Positions 48,322 through 62,226 of a stretch of DNA of 64,000 bases are shown here, piece by piece. The stretch spans positions 1,618,526 through 1,682,525 of the forward strand of contig BCKQ01000003.1 of the NCBI GenBank assembly GCA_001600695.1, given 5' to 3'. Source of the stretch: Ascoidea asiatica JCM 7603. Taxonomy: Eukaryota > Fungi > Ascomycota. How positions within the stretch are numbered: the first letter of the stretch is position 1; every line of letters starts with the position of its first letter. The translations under genes were made by a program, and so were the position numbers. The notes beneath the pieces are model-generated. The model worked only from the letters and a program-made list of their open reading frames with translations, ran no database searches and was not told the origin of the DNA.

Positions 48322-49479
48322 TTTGATAAAATTGATATAAATAATATTGATATTGATGATATAACTACAATAAATACTTTTACTGGTTCTATTGATGAAT
48401 CTTGGTTTTATTTAGTTAGTGTAATATTTGAAATTAAAGGTTCAAAAACTTTAAATTTAGCTTTAAATTGTTTAAAAAATGCAAATGATTTAAATTTTAA
48501 AGATTTAATTCTAAATTTACAATCTTTAGCTCAATCAATTGATAATTTAGGTTCAATATTATTAAAAATGCAAGAAATGTGTGATCCTCATATATTTTAT
48601 TTTAGAATTAGACCATTTTTAGCAGGTTGGAAAAATATGAATGAATTTGGTTTAAATTCAAATGGTTTAAATTATGGTAATGAAAATTTTAAAGATATTA
48701 GATCTTATTCTGGTGGTTCAAATGCTCAATCAACTTTAATTCAAGCTTTAGATATTATTTTAAATATTAATCATTATTCAACAAATAATAATATAGACAC
48801 TGATAATGATAATGATAATGACCATGATAAAGATAATGATAGTAGTAATAATTTTATAAATGATATGAGAAATTATATGCCTGGTAAACATAAAGATTTC
48901 TTAATTCATTTATCTAAAATTAATATTCTTCAATCAATTGTATTCAAATATCAATCAAAATTTCCTGAATTAGCTTTAAGTTATGATGCTTGTGTAGCAA
49001 TGTTAAAATCATTTAGAGATAAGCATATTCAAATTGTTACAAGATATATAATATTACAAGCAAAATTATCAAAAAAATCTGGTTCTTTATCTTCTTCTTT
49101 AATTAGAACTGGTCTTGCTTCTAAAAAATTAAAACATGATAAAGGTACTGGTGGAACTGCTTTATTACCATTTTTAAAACAATGTAGAGATGAAACTGGT
49201 GATGCTGCTGCTGGTTCTTGGGGTAGAAGAATTTTAACTTCAAATAGTAATAAAAATTCTTCAATAAAATATTTTAAAAATTCATCAAAATCAAAATCAA
49301 AATCAATTTATGATTTAAAACTTGAAAATAAATTAAAAATTTCAAAAAATAATAATGAAGAAGTTGATGATAATCAAAAGGTTAAAGATTCAAATAAAGA
49401 AGATTCAAATGAAGATAATAAAATGATTATTGGAATGGCAGGATCTTGGATAAGTGATGATGATCTTGGACATTGGTAA
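47848..49479 (+). CDS. BNA2: Indoleamine 2,3-dioxygenase
   Basis: LPPVATYSALCLWN, TFTGSIDESWFYLVS, IRPFLAGW, YSGGSNAQS, MRNYMPGKH, FRDKHIQIVTRYI (heme His), GTGGTALLPFLKQCRDET. Confidence 0.96.
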
Positions 49480-52400
49480 TTTTTCTTATCTTCTATTATT
49501 TATTTCCTGTTGTTTTCTTTTCTTTTTTTTCAAATCTATGCTCAATTCAATTATTTTATGCTTTTTTTGTTTTCTTCATTCTTTTCCTTCTTTTCGTTCT
49601 TCTTCTGTCTGAGTAGTGAATTAATCGTATCTCATATTTTGGTGGGTCAGCAGATTTATGTTGCATTTTTCTGTTTCCAAATGAATCTTGACTCTGCTAC
49701 AAAAATATTCTCTCTTTTTTTTGCATTTTCTAAACCTTTTTATTTATTTTCAATTCTTTATTTCTCCATATTCTTCTTCTCATAAAGAATTGTTTTTTTC
49801 ATCCACGGATCTTATTAATTGCTTTATTAATATTCTTATTAGTTACGAAAAATATATTAGTTCATTTACAATTCGTTAATTAAAAACTTTAAATGAAATA
49901 CTTCAATTTAAAAAGAGTCAAAATTTCTCAACATTACAATATTTTTGTTTTTTTGATTTTTCACTAAATTTAAATGGTTCCCAATTGAAAGCTTTTTCAA
50001 AATTAACTTCAATTCGACAAATTCGAATAATTATTAAATAATCTACCGAAAATTATTGAAAGAAAATTCAAACTTATCGAATGAAAAGTTACGTTTAATT
50101 GAATGCATTATTTCGAAGTAGGGTATGATTTAAAATAAATAAATTATAAAGATAATGACCACAAAAGACCAACAATTCAATTTTTTTCATAATTGGGTTA
50201 AGATATCCTTAAATGATATACAGTATTTGAAAGATCAAGATTTTATTGATAACTTATGTTAAAAATGCTCCAATAATTTCATTTTGATTAAGTTTTGGAG
50301 TCAATTTTATCTCTACAAAATGTATACAGACCTTCTAACTAGACAGTTTATGTCTTTAGTTTATAAAAATTCATTACACTTCTAAAGAGAAATTGTGTAT
50401 TGAATTTAATATCCTATTGTTAAATAGTAAAAAGAGCACTAGAATTATTTAAGAAACTATAACTTTTTTTAAGGCTTTATCTTCGTTTGAACTTATTGAA
50501 TTATCTGTCCTTATCAACTCTTAATACTAATCACAATCAACCGACTAATACGCTACAAAGAATCTGAAAAATTTATAATTTTTTAGTTTCTTTTATTTTA
50601 TTTAAAAACATAAATCATACCCTAATTTACCTTTCAGTTTAAATACTGTTTTTTTTTTACAAATTATTGAATGTCATTTTTTTAAAGGAAAAGAAGAATA
50701 TTATTTTTATTTTCTCCTTTATATTCTTTTATATTTCCGAATTTAATATCTATCCCTATGCTTAAAACGTATGTTACTTGAAAACTCCAATAAAAAATAA
50801 AAGTAACTTATATTTACGAAACCAAAAAGTGTCCTAAAGTTTTGGAACAGTTTTAGATTCGAGCTGTATATTTAGTACTGCGTAGCATTTATCATCATTA
50901 TTTCATTAAATCAATAAAATGGTTATGCTGCAGACTTCATTTACGAAAAAGAAAATATTATTTCAATGAAGCCTAATATTGTTTATTCCTGTACACACCT
51001 TTTCTATTATTTTTCAAATTTCATTTCAAATCAATACATTTAATAGCCATTTTTATTGAAAGAATATTAGTTTATGATTGGTTTAAAAATAAAAAAGGGG
51101 TAAGAGATAAAGTTACTTTTCAGTGATCAGGTTGACGGTTTAGTTTACCTTACAAACCTTTACAGTATCTGTTATATATTCAAACAAGAAATGGATAGAA
51201 TTTGAAAAGATAGCTTTTGTTAAGCACTAAAAATATTTACTTCAAACTTTGGTTCTTCCAAATCAAGTTTGATTGGTCTCTTAAAAATTTATTGAATAAG
51301 ACAATTTGAAGAAAAATACTGTTAAATTTCATTTTCTTCTCTTTGTTTTTAAGGTTACCGAAAATATCATCTTTTTAAGGTTACAGTATTTAGATGTTAA
51401 ATCCATACATTTCTTTATCGATTTTATTATTTTACAAGTTTCAAGGTGAATTTTGCCCTAAATTTAGTCAATTGTTCATTGTTGAATTGTACAAAATTTT
51501 AAAAAATAATTCTGTAAAATTTTAATAGTAATTAAATCACGATGACCCTATTTCGAATAGAAATCAATATTTTTTAAAATCATAATGGAGAATATTACTT
51601 TTTAATTTAGAAGGGATAAGTTTTATGGAATTTTCTGTGTTTAAACTTACAAATGATCAAATAAATTGTGCTTTGTATAGAGAGTAATAGAAATTTTTGA
51701 TTCAACATTACCAGAAAAATCATACTGTAAACGAAAGTGATAGACCAACAAAACAATTTTAGATGTCTAGCATATCAACTTTGGATTAAACATCTCACTT
51801 AAGAGTCCTTCTCTCTAAAAAAGGACATAAGGCAATATATACCTAATTACTTCTTGGATTATGTTATCTTTATAAAAAGACTTGCTTGAGTTATTATCAG
51901 TTGGCACAGTTGTGAATGAAATTACCTTAAGAATTCTTTTATCAGTTTCACTTTTAAAGGCTGAACAAAAACTAAAATGATATTAAATATAAAAAATAAA
52001 TTCTAAGAGAGTGAGTGATTTGTGGCTGAAAAGAAGTAATGTAGGATATTCTCCAATATACTCATACCAAACTTTCTAAATATCTATAAACTAAATGAAA
52101 AGTACAACCATCAAAATTATTTTTCTACAATGTATTCTATTTCCTAATTAAGTTGCGTTGAGGCATAAAAAAGTAAGTAAACTCTGAGCTCGAAGCAACA
52201 GATAACAGTATTCTTAAGCTTTACAGCACTGGATCCTTGCAGTGATATACATAACAGTTAAATAGACACAGCAAAAGGCATTTTCGGGTTTCAGGCGGTC
52301 TTAGCAGAGTTGTGCGTCTTTTGAGGATTTGAGGTTTTGGCCAATAGTTGTTGAACAGGGTTGGAAAAGATTACTTCAGCAAAAGAGTTACTACAAAGCT

Positions 52401-55017
52401 GCAATTCAGTAGATATTAATTCATAGAAATTTATTCTTCTTCAATTCAAATTTTGCTGAGAATTGGGGTCCAGAGAGTTTTCTTTTTGAGAAATGAACGC
52501 AAATACTCAGGAAGCGGTTATCTAAAATTTGACCACCGATCATTTTTTTCATTTCTAAAACTAATGACTCACACTCTTTTTTCAGAGTTAATAATCACTC
52601 CTTTGCCAGAGCATAACACAAATATATACAAGCATAATTCAAAAACCGCAAAAACTATATGTACTGTATGCTTGTGAAAACCTAATTTAAATTTAAGAAA
52701 CTTTATGCGGGAACTCAAACTGCCAAACTTTAAATTTGTAAATGTTTAAACATGCACAATATACATTTAATGGTGTCATCAAACAGTTTTTAGAGTCAGA
52801 AATTTCAGAGTCAATCCTAAAATGTTCCGATTTCCGGCTATGAGCGGATTTTCTTTCACAAGTGTCTAAAATGGTTCATTGATATTGGTTCAACAAAAAT
52901 AATGTATTTGAAGTTGTATACAGTATTGCAAAAGTAAACTCAGACTATTGATTGAAATGAAATTCAATTTTCCTTTGATTTCAGACTACTATAGACAAAG
53001 AAATAGAAAAACTGAAACTCAAAAATAATTCAGCTAAGCTGCTTTTGGCTTTTTATTTTGTTCTAAATAAATGGCAGAGTCTACTTTTGAAAGCTTTAAT
53101 CCTCTTTCTTTAATCCTTCCAGAGCTTCAAATTTACCTCTTTTTGCGATAACATTATTGAAGTACTTATTTTTATTACCGATTAATAGGCCTTTTAGTGA
53201 AATTTCAAATTTTCTAATGAGCTTATAAAAAAGGTATTTCAAAACTATTTCAAAACTACTAATAAATTAAAATTTACCTTGGGTAAAATTTGAATTATAC
53301 AAGATATTACGGCTTCAAAAGAGCTATTTTTATCATAAATATTTATAAATGGATGAATATTTAGCAATTTATTTCATATGTTTGTATTTGCCTATTAATA
53401 ATCAATAATCACCTTTTTGAAATATTCAGTATATTATTATGGATTTTGAATAAAAACGAGTCAACTTCAATTATTTTTTAAAACACTTACAGTTTTTCAA
53501 AGGCCAATATGTTTATAAAATTAGTAAAAAAAAACATGCTTTTGTTTACAAAATCTTTAATCAAATATTTTCTTTTTTAAGAATAAAAAAATAAAATCAT
53601 TCATACCCTATTTAAATTATATTGGACGGAATTTATTGAAATATGCTGCATTGTAAAGGCTTTCAAAATCTATTATTCTTTCTCTGATTAAAGAGGAAGC
53701 ATAACCAAAATATAATTTGTCACCTATTAAGTTAGTGCTCCACTTACTTGTAACTACACTTGCAATACGAAATCAAGATGATTTCATTATCCACTTTATA
53801 GCATTATAATAATTTATAAATCATTATTTTGTAGGGTCACTGAAGTGCGGTGGGATTTATTGTAACAAAAAAAGAAGTGTTGAAAAACAAAATTAAATAT
53901 CATTTTCACACTTTCAAAAGAAGTTTGCAAATTTTTAAAATGTTAAATCTTATTTAATTCACCTAAAAAGGATTCAAATGAAGCTATCAAAATAATAATG
54001 CTCTATCTTATGTGACACTATGAACTCAAGTAGCTAGCATATCAAAGAAAATTCTGAAATTGATAAATTAGTTTAGTCGTTTAATTCATGATTTGCTTTC
54101 CCTCTAATTCACAAATCGGTTCACTCAACACCTGTACTTTATTTGCAAATAACTCAATCCAAACTAAAATGAAAAAAACATGTTAAAAGTTATGTTAATA
54201 AGTATATAAATGTGAGTAAAGTCTGTTTAGTAATTCAGAGAAAAAAATAATTAGTTCTCTTTTTTTTTTTTATTTTATTTTCTTTTTTTTTATATTTTTT
54301 TTAATTTCTTTTATTGGATGTTAAAACTTTTGATCATCAGTCTTATATTTTAAAGCATCGATAATTATTTTGCATTTTATTTGTCATCCGAAAAAGAAAA
54401 CTTAAAACCTTTCTATAAATCATTTATCATTTATAATTTATAATTTATCATTTTTTAATAATTATTAATTGAGTTTTTTTTCTTGCTTTTCTATTCTTTT
54501 CATTTTATCCTATATTATTTCATTATTTCATTAGTAGGGGAGATTATTTCAGAATATTTTTGAAATAATTCATATACAGTATTTGAAAAAAAAGGATTGG
54601 TGAAATTTAGCTCTATAATTATCTGAAATTTTCTTTCAATATTTCTCATATCAATACCTTTACAAATATTTTCCAGAACTAACCTATACTTGATATTCAA
54701 ACCAATCAGTATAAATTTAGCAACAAATAAGTTTCAAATTCTTTTTTATTTTTGAAGTATTAAATTTAGATACAAGTTTTTTTAAACCGAATAAACAAAG
54801 GTTAGCAATTTTTAGAAAAATACAAGTTCCATTATAAATAAGGATTCATTTGAAGAAATAAGTTTATATATCAACTTATAGAATATCTTAATAATTTTTT
54901 TCTCTTTTTTCCTTTTTTTACAATACTGCATAGCACTATAATCAATATTTTAATAAAGCTTCTAAACTTAAATAGAAGTGACAATCCTCTTATATATTTC
55001 TATTCATATTATTTTCC

Positions 55018-56316
55018 ATGCTCAAAGAAAATAGACACCATTTGCATTTATCTCACTCTCAAAATTTTACATCCACTTCAATCATGAGCAATAATTTCAA
55101 TCCAAAACCAAATTCAAATCCTAGCAATCCTAATTATAATGCAAATCCTAATTCCAAAGTAAATTATTTTGGAAACAACTCTATATATCAACAACAAGCT
55201 CAACCTCAATCACAATCCCAAAATCAAATTCAAAGTCAAATTCCTAATCAGCAATTTCAATATTCACAATTTCAATTTCAAAATGTTAATGATAATCAAT
55301 TTCAATCTCCTTTACAACCATACCCACACCAGCTTCCTCAGCATGCATTGCAAAACTCTCAAAGTATTCAAAATTTTCAATCCTTTCCTGGAGCACCATC
55401 AAGGCCTACCTCTCTTAATCGAACTATCTCACATCAGCAATTAGCATCTCGTCAATCATCTTTTGATTTAAGATCTATACAATTGGTATCTCCAAATCCA
55501 AGTTTAAATACCTTAGGTTATTCTCAACCTCCAACACCAATGAATAATTTTCAATCATTAAATAAGCATGAATCATTCGCTGATTTGAAATTAGCTTTAC
55601 CTTCACCGGTTATTGATTCTACTTTAGCTGCTGATAGCCCTTCAACCACAGGTAAATCTTTGTTAGCTAAACAATCGCATTCAGTACTTTCACCAATGGA
55701 CTTAAGAACAGGAATTTATTATCAAGATTTTGTTGCGGATCCACTTTTATTCGAGGCTGCTCTAAGTTACAAAAAAAGAGGAAAGTTCAATTGTAATCAT
55801 TGTAGTGAACATTTTAGTGGTGTTCTAGAATACGCAAAACATTTGGATCTTTATAATGTTCGTAGACCTTATAAATGTCATATTATGGATTGTATTTTTA
55901 GCATAATTGGTTTCACAACTCAAAATGAATGTTCCAGACACAAAACTTCAGTTCATGGTGGTAAACATTTCAAATGTACAATCTGTGAAGGTCAGTTTAG
56001 CAGACTTGATCAGTTAAAAGCTCATGCTTATAGAACTCATGAGAATTACAATAGCAGATACAATAAGAAGCTTAGAAGGATGCAAAGAGAGGCTGCGATG
56101 GCAGCTGCCTCAGGTTCTGTCACTCAAAATCAAGGCTTACATTCTTTTCAATTAACTGATATATCAGAAAATCCAGGATCTTCATCGAATTCGATGAATA
56201 AATCTACAAATAAATCTTCCAAGAAATCTTCTCACAGTTCTCATTCAAGTTCATCCAAGTCTTCATCTTCTAAAAGCAAAAAATCAAATATAAGCATAGA
56301 TTTTTTAATGAATTAG
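55018..56316 (+). CDS. RME1: Rme1-family C2H2 zinc-finger transcription factor
   Basis: Finger region LEYAKHLDLYNVRRPYKCHIMDCIFSIIGF...RH...H...C..C...FSRLD...H...HENYNSRYNKKLR resembles Rme1 (EFAAHLDEFNLERPCKCPIEQCPWKILGF...HNNADSRFNKRLK). Q/N-rich N-terminus. Confidence 0.82.
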   Translation: MLKENRHHLHLSHSQNFTSTSIMSNNFNPKPNSNPSNPNYNANPNSKVNYFGNNSIYQQQAQPQSQSQNQIQSQIPNQQFQYSQFQFQNVNDNQFQSPLQPYPHQLPQHALQNSQSIQNFQSFPGAPSRPTSLNRTISHQQLASRQSSFDLRSIQLVSPNPSLNTLGYSQPPTPMNNFQSLNKHESFADLKLALPSPVIDSTLAADSPSTTGKSLLAKQSHSVLSPMDLRTGIYYQDFVADPLLFEAALSYKKRGKFNCNHCSEHFSGVLEYAKHLDLYNVRRPYKCHIMDCIFSIIGFTTQNECSRHKTSVHGGKHFKCTICEGQFSRLDQLKAHAYRTHENYNSRYNKKLRRMQREAAMAAASGSVTQNQGLHSFQLTDISENPGSSSNSMNKSTNKSSKKSSHSSHSSSSKSSSSKSKKSNISIDFLMN

Positions 56317-58871
56317 TCAATTATATGAGTTATATGAGTTATTTTAGTGAATTTTAATCAAAAAAAATCTTGTTTGAGTATTTTGACACTAAAAGGAAAC
56401 TTGAAAAAACTTTTTAATCTCTATTTCTATAATAAACTCTGCAGTTATGTTTCAAACATATTTATTTGTGTTTTATTTAAACTCATTTTTTATATCCAAG
56501 CATTTTTTGCTCGGATTTCGGCTTCAATTTTATTTCGTTATTCCTTTCTTAAATTATTTTTGTTATATTAACTGTTTTTTTTTCGGTTATTGTTGAGTTA
56601 GCTAACCAATTTTTAAAGCATTCATATAAAGTATTGTTGCCAATGGTTTACTTTCATTTTTTATTATACACAAAAGTTACATTTTTTCATTCTGTTTTTT
56701 TATTACATCATCATATATTATATATTGTCTGCTTTTAGAGATTTTATGTTTGATTCAGTTCAATATACTTTATGCTTTTCATTTTTTTATTAAAAATGAA
56801 TTATATTATATAGAATTTTCCAATTTTTCACTTCTTTTCAACATTTTCTGTAATAAAAGCTTTCTTACATATATATTAAAGTGAGTGCAAAAAATGTCAA
56901 TCAGCTTACTGTGAACATTTTCGTAATTTTGTTTTTTAATTAGTTGAATCTCTAAAACACTGAACATTCAATTGAAGAGATTGATTTATTAGTATACTTC
57001 TTAGTTTTTTTTAGCCAAATATCTTTCTTTCTGTGAACAGTATAATAATACAATTCCTACGTAATTATTTGATGTTCTTAACGTATAAGAATCTTTTTTT
57101 AACCTATCTAGCATAGCTTTTGGTTTTGAATGACATTTTATAAAATTTTCGTAAGTCAGAATGTTTTAAAGTATATGAGATTTTACAGAAAGCTAACTGA
57201 ACCTACATATTTTTATAAAAAAATGAAGTAAAAAATACCAAAAAATAAGCAGCTTTTTTTGTTATATATTGAGTGTTTTCAAATAAATTGACCTTTAATG
57301 GAACTTGAAAATAAAGCCAGAGCAAAAAAATTAGAATATACTCTCAAAAATATAAATCTGAACAGCACACTTATTTGAAAATACAGTATCTCATGAGGGT
57401 AAATTATTCTCTTTCTTTTGTTTCTTAATGGTATTTCTCAACAGCTATAGTTTCATAAATCCGACAAAATTTTAGTAGCTGAAGCATTCTTTTTGACTGC
57501 TTTACCTTTCTTTACTTTTTTCTCAGGCTGTGACAGCAAATTACTATTAGTAGAGTAACTTTTTAATACAATCTTGCAAAATTGTTCGGCAATTATGGTC
57601 CATAAAAACTAAGCTTGATTTATGGAAACTACTTTTTTGTAAATAGTTTTTTTAAAAAAACCTAAAGTTCTGAAAGCTCTAGACTTTTTTTCATAATACG
57701 AAATTATTATTAGGAATAATTGTAATAATTATTTGGTATTTGTTTCTGCCAATCAAAATCTTTAACTGCTTTACCTATTTAATATTTGACTTTTAAAACT
57801 AGCTTTTTAGAACTGTTTTTCTTTTTCGGACCTAAGTTACCAAGGAAAAAATAATGAGCTTCTGATCAACACCATATATAAAAATAAGCTAATTTGATAA
57901 AACACCTTCATAAATTATTGACATTCAATCCAAAATTTATTCTTTTTTAAATGAAACTGTGGATAAACTATGATATGGATCAATAGGAGCAAAGAATTAA
58001 GTGCTAGAATAGGCAATTTTGAGAAATTAAAAGGTGAACAGAAGAAAATTATCATCATCAACGTCAAATAGCAAACTTTTCAGAGCTTCGAGGTTAAAAG
58101 AAATACTATGTACAACTTTTGATTGTAGCAAATTCATATAAATTCCAATTGGAACTTATGCTTGATATGAGGCTTATATCATATCTCCATCAAACTCGAA
58201 TAAACAAAAACAAAAACTTAAGATAAGCAAACAATTGTTGAAAGAAAAAAAGTTTGAATCAACACAAAAACTGCACCCGCAATCCTGGAAGTGAATAAGG
58301 TTTATAGATACAGTTCATGTGAGTCACTTAAGCATTTTTGTGCCTTTAACTACTTTGGGTTCAAATATTTAGATTTAGGATTCAATTTTAGGGTTCGAAA
58401 TTTAGGTATTTGAATATAATTTACTTCATTAAGATATATTATATAATAAAACTCAAAAGTTAGAACTTCAAAAGTAGTAATAAAAGCAAAATTCATTATC
58501 TTGAAGCCAAAAGTAGTTTGCGCTTAGGCTGAAAATTCACATGATAAATTTACAACAAATGAAATTCTATATAAAAACTATTTTCAAAGTCTTTAGATGA
58601 GAAATTTTTATAAATTTCACTCAGTAAATCTAGAAAAAAAAAAGAAAAGAGAAAGTATATATTTAAGCAAACAAGGTATTGTTTCAGAATTCACTACTAG
58701 AGCAAGCCAAGAAATACAAGACGGTAGAAAGTAACATCCGATTGAATTCCTTTTGAACTATAATGTTTAAATTTCTATAGAAGAAAATTTAAGTGGTGGG
58801 CTTTAATGCTACAAAATGGCCTTATTTTTATTCTACCTAAAGAAGCTTTGAAAGTTGTACTAATCGATCAA

Positions 58872-60746
58872 CTAAACTTCAGTTTCTAACGAAATGGGTA
58901 ATTCTTGACAAGAGTCAATTACTATATTTTCCTCAATAAGAGTTAAAACCGCTTCTTCTATATGTCTAATGTTTTTGAGAAAGGTGAATCTATCTACTAC
59001 ATTTCCATATTTATCCACAATAAATTTTTCAAAATTCCATTTTATTCTTTTAGTATTAAATATACCATTCTTTTCTTGCTTCAAAAATTTATAAATATCA
59101 CTAGATTCTTTGCCATTAACTTTGATTTTCTTTAAAACTGGAAATGTTATATTAAAGTTTTTTTCTAGAAACTCGTTGAATTGTATATTATTTTCGCTTT
59201 CATTTTCATTTTCTTCTAATATTTTTCTCGAAAAAGGAGTAAAAAACTGATCACATGGAAAGGCAATAATCTCAAATTGAGACTTTCCAGTTTCTTTGTT
59301 AATATGATATTTTTCATAAAATGTCTGTAAAGTTTTGAAATGATTTTTGGTAAATGAATCTTTATAACTTGGAGAAATATTAATCACGAGAACAACTTTA
59401 TCAGTTAAATCTGCAAAATCAAAGATATTACCTTTCGAATCTTCCGCTTTTAAATCGTAAAAATAATTACCTAGAGACTCTCTGGAAGAGGTTGATGGTT
59501 TCAATCCATTTGTCATTAAATGAGAATCCTGAGTGATTGAAGGCATAAGATCATCAGAGTTTGAAGAGTCTAGTTTGGAGTGAAATGATCGAGCAAATGG
59601 AGAAGAGGTATATGAATTGGATATTCGAGATTTAGATGTATATAAAGAATGGGAAGAAAAAGGGGAAAATGGTGAATTCGGGGAATTTTTAACTAGCATT
59701 TTTTTTGAAGAAGTGTCTCGTGAAGGCGAAAGTAAATTTGTTTTGGAAATACTGGAGGTTAAGGATATGGATGAAAAAAGTGGAGAAGAAAAGATTTTCT
59801 TTTTTGACTTAATAGGTGAACTTATAGGCTGATCTTTATTAAGCAAATTTGAAATAGCCTTATTATTGGATATTTTTTTTATATTTAGGGATAAATTGTT
59901 AATATTCCTCTTCTTGGAATTTTTGCTTTGAGTTTCAACAAAACTACTATCGTTTGATGAGTTTAGAAAAGAAGCATTTGAATCTCGAGTATTAGTTCTA
60001 TATGTAGTATCACTAATATTATTTCTTTTAGTTATGTTGGTATCCATATACTTGTCATGTGGAACCGGTAAAGTTGATGAGAGAGACTCGTCATCATATG
60101 AATTAATATTAATACTGGTTTGAAAAATCTGTATTTTATTTTCTTCTTTGAATATGTCTTTATTTGATTTAACCTTCCTACTATTGCTGATTTTGTTTTC
60201 ATTGACATTATTATCATTATTATTATTTCTATTATTAGAATCATTTTCAGTATCGCTATCTATTATTTCAAATGAAAATAAGTCAACATTGTCTGCGTCA
60301 TTTGAATAAACACTTAATTTTTTTGTTTCTGGATTGAATGATTCTCTATATGGGGTGAAAAAGAACTCGGTTTCATTATCATTATCATTATAATTATCCT
60401 GATACTCATTATTTTTATTATTGTTAATATTATTTGAGTATATTGTACTTAAGTTTTCTTTATTTTCGATATTGCTTTTATTAAAAGTTTCAGATAATGG
60501 TGTGTAATAATCATTATGAATAGTACTTTGAACAGATTTTGATGAACAAGTTGAATCAGAAGTGTAAGAATAATTAGTTCTGATTGAATCATCTACAGAT
60601 GTGGATATTATTACAGGTAATTGATTGTTATAAGTATTATATAAATTTGATTGAGAAGACATGTTTATATCTGAAGAGGATGAAAAGCTGGTCAGTGATA
60701 AAGATTGAATACAAGAATTTAAATTTGAATTTATCTTGAAGTTCAT
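58872..60746 (-). CDS. GPx-fold pseudoenzyme B: about 425-aa Ser/Asn-rich N-terminus plus GPx-like domain lacking the peroxidatic Cys
   Basis: FYDLKAEDSKGNIFDFADLTDKVVLVINISPSYKDSFT...FEIIAFPCDQF...ITFPVLKKIKVNG...IKWNFEKFIVDKYGNVVDRF. Confidence 0.87.
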   Translation of the reverse strand: MNFKINSNLNSCIQSLSLTSFSSSSDINMSSQSNLYNTYNNQLPVIISTSVDDSIRTNYSYTSDSTCSSKSVQSTIHNDYYTPLSETFNKSNIENKENLSTIYSNNINNNKNNEYQDNYNDNDNETEFFFTPYRESFNPETKKLSVYSNDADNVDLFSFEIIDSDTENDSNNRNNNNDNNVNENKISNSRKVKSNKDIFKEENKIQIFQTSININSYDDESLSSTLPVPHDKYMDTNITKRNNISDTTYRTNTRDSNASFLNSSNDSSFVETQSKNSKKRNINNLSLNIKKISNNKAISNLLNKDQPISSPIKSKKKIFSSPLFSSISLTSSISKTNLLSPSRDTSSKKMLVKNSPNSPFSPFSSHSLYTSKSRISNSYTSSPFARSFHSKLDSSNSDDLMPSITQDSHLMTNGLKPSTSSRESLGNYFYDLKAEDSKGNIFDFADLTDKVVLVINISPSYKDSFTKNHFKTLQTFYEKYHINKETGKSQFEIIAFPCDQFFTPFSRKILEENENESENNIQFNEFLEKNFNITFPVLKKIKVNGKESSDIYKFLKQEKNGIFNTKRIKWNFEKFIVDKYGNVVDRFTFLKNIRHIEEAVLTLIEENIVIDSCQELPISLETEV

Positions 60747-62069
60747 ATTATTTTATATGATTGATGATATTGAATAGAACTACTACTACCAGAAATTTAA
60801 TGATTGGATATAATCTAATCGGATAAATGTTATTGAAAAAATGATTAGGAATAATGGGTGATCAAAAAAAAGGATGAAAAATTGAAACTAATATGACGAG
60901 ATGAGATGAGATATTGTAGGTATATTGAAGTATTTTATATTTTTTTGTTTTAATTATTCCCAAATGAAAAATGTAATAAAAAGTAATAAAAGTTGGAGAA
61001 ATAAGAGTATATTTAAGAAAGAGATTTGCTGGAAATCAAAGTGAAAAAAAATAAATTAAAGTAATTATAAAATTTATTAAAATAAAACAATTCTTATCAA
61101 TTTTTGATTGGAATGAAGTTGAAGCAGGATTTTGTTTTTTTATGTATTCAATGAGAAAAGAGAAGCAATCATCAATTGAGATTAAGTTCATAATAATAGT
61201 GATAATAATTAAAAGAATAATATTATAGTAGTCTTTGAAAACTCAGTTAGTTAAGATAATGAATATATGAATACTTTTATACCTAATAATACTAATTATG
61301 AAAAAATAATTAATAATTTCTTCATACCAGTCAATATTACAGAAAAATGATGATTTAAAGGAAGATGATGATTGAAGGATGTTAATACCCCAATACAGAC
61401 AACTTTTCACTTTTATGTCTCATAAACTTATAACTTGAGTTTAACTAAAAATAAAATTTTAATTCAAAAAATGTTTTTGGCAATTACTCTTAACATGAAG
61501 TCGAGCAAGTTTACCTGTAGTTGATTCTTTTAATTATCAATACAATACAATAATGTATTAAGAATAATGACTATCATTAAAATACAATAGAGTAAATAAT
61601 TTCAAGATTTAAAGATTGAAAAATCTGAATACAATGAACAAAACAGAGGAAATGAGTTGATAAGTTATAATAAATATAGCATGGCTAGAATTTCTTTTAG
61701 CAGTAGATGCATTTAATAATTACTTGAAAGAATTGAAACTCAACTCCTTTTTTTTATAAATGACCAAATATGATTGAATATAACCAAGCTATTGAATTAT
61801 ATTTATTATTACTTTTATTATGTTTTTGAAAATATCTTCAATTACAAACTGATGTTAATATCAAAATTCGAAACTACTTTATTGGAATAAATCTCCAAAA
61901 AACTAAAAAAAAATTCAGATTAAGATAAAGGTATTCCAATTGAAGGTGTAAAAAATCACTCGCTTAGTCAGCGGCTCTGGCTCAGTGTGTATGTAGATAT
62001 GTGTGGTAAAGTGTGTGCTTGCACTCTTAGCAGCCTTTGTCTTTTAAACTTCTTAATAAAGGTGCTGTT

Positions 62070-62226
62070 ACGCGTTTCTTGAAAGTTACCCACTCCACGA
62101 AGATAAAAATAAATTCAAAAACGCGTTTTTCTTTCAAATAAAACAAAAACTTGGGTCTAAGACATTTTCGTATGTGCAACCAGCATAGAGGTATACAAAC
62201 GTGCAAGCCTGTAAATCTAAACGCGT
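62070..62226. promoter_or_regulatory. Three MCB boxes (ACGCGT)
   Basis: ACGCGT at 62070, 62121 and 62221, upstream of GPx-like B. Confidence 0.55.

Noticed and set aside
49480-55017. a1-alpha2 operator upstream of RME1; LTR or transposon relic
   Set aside because: No convincing match to the operator consensus, no terminal repeats, and no gag/pol or transposase remnants seen.
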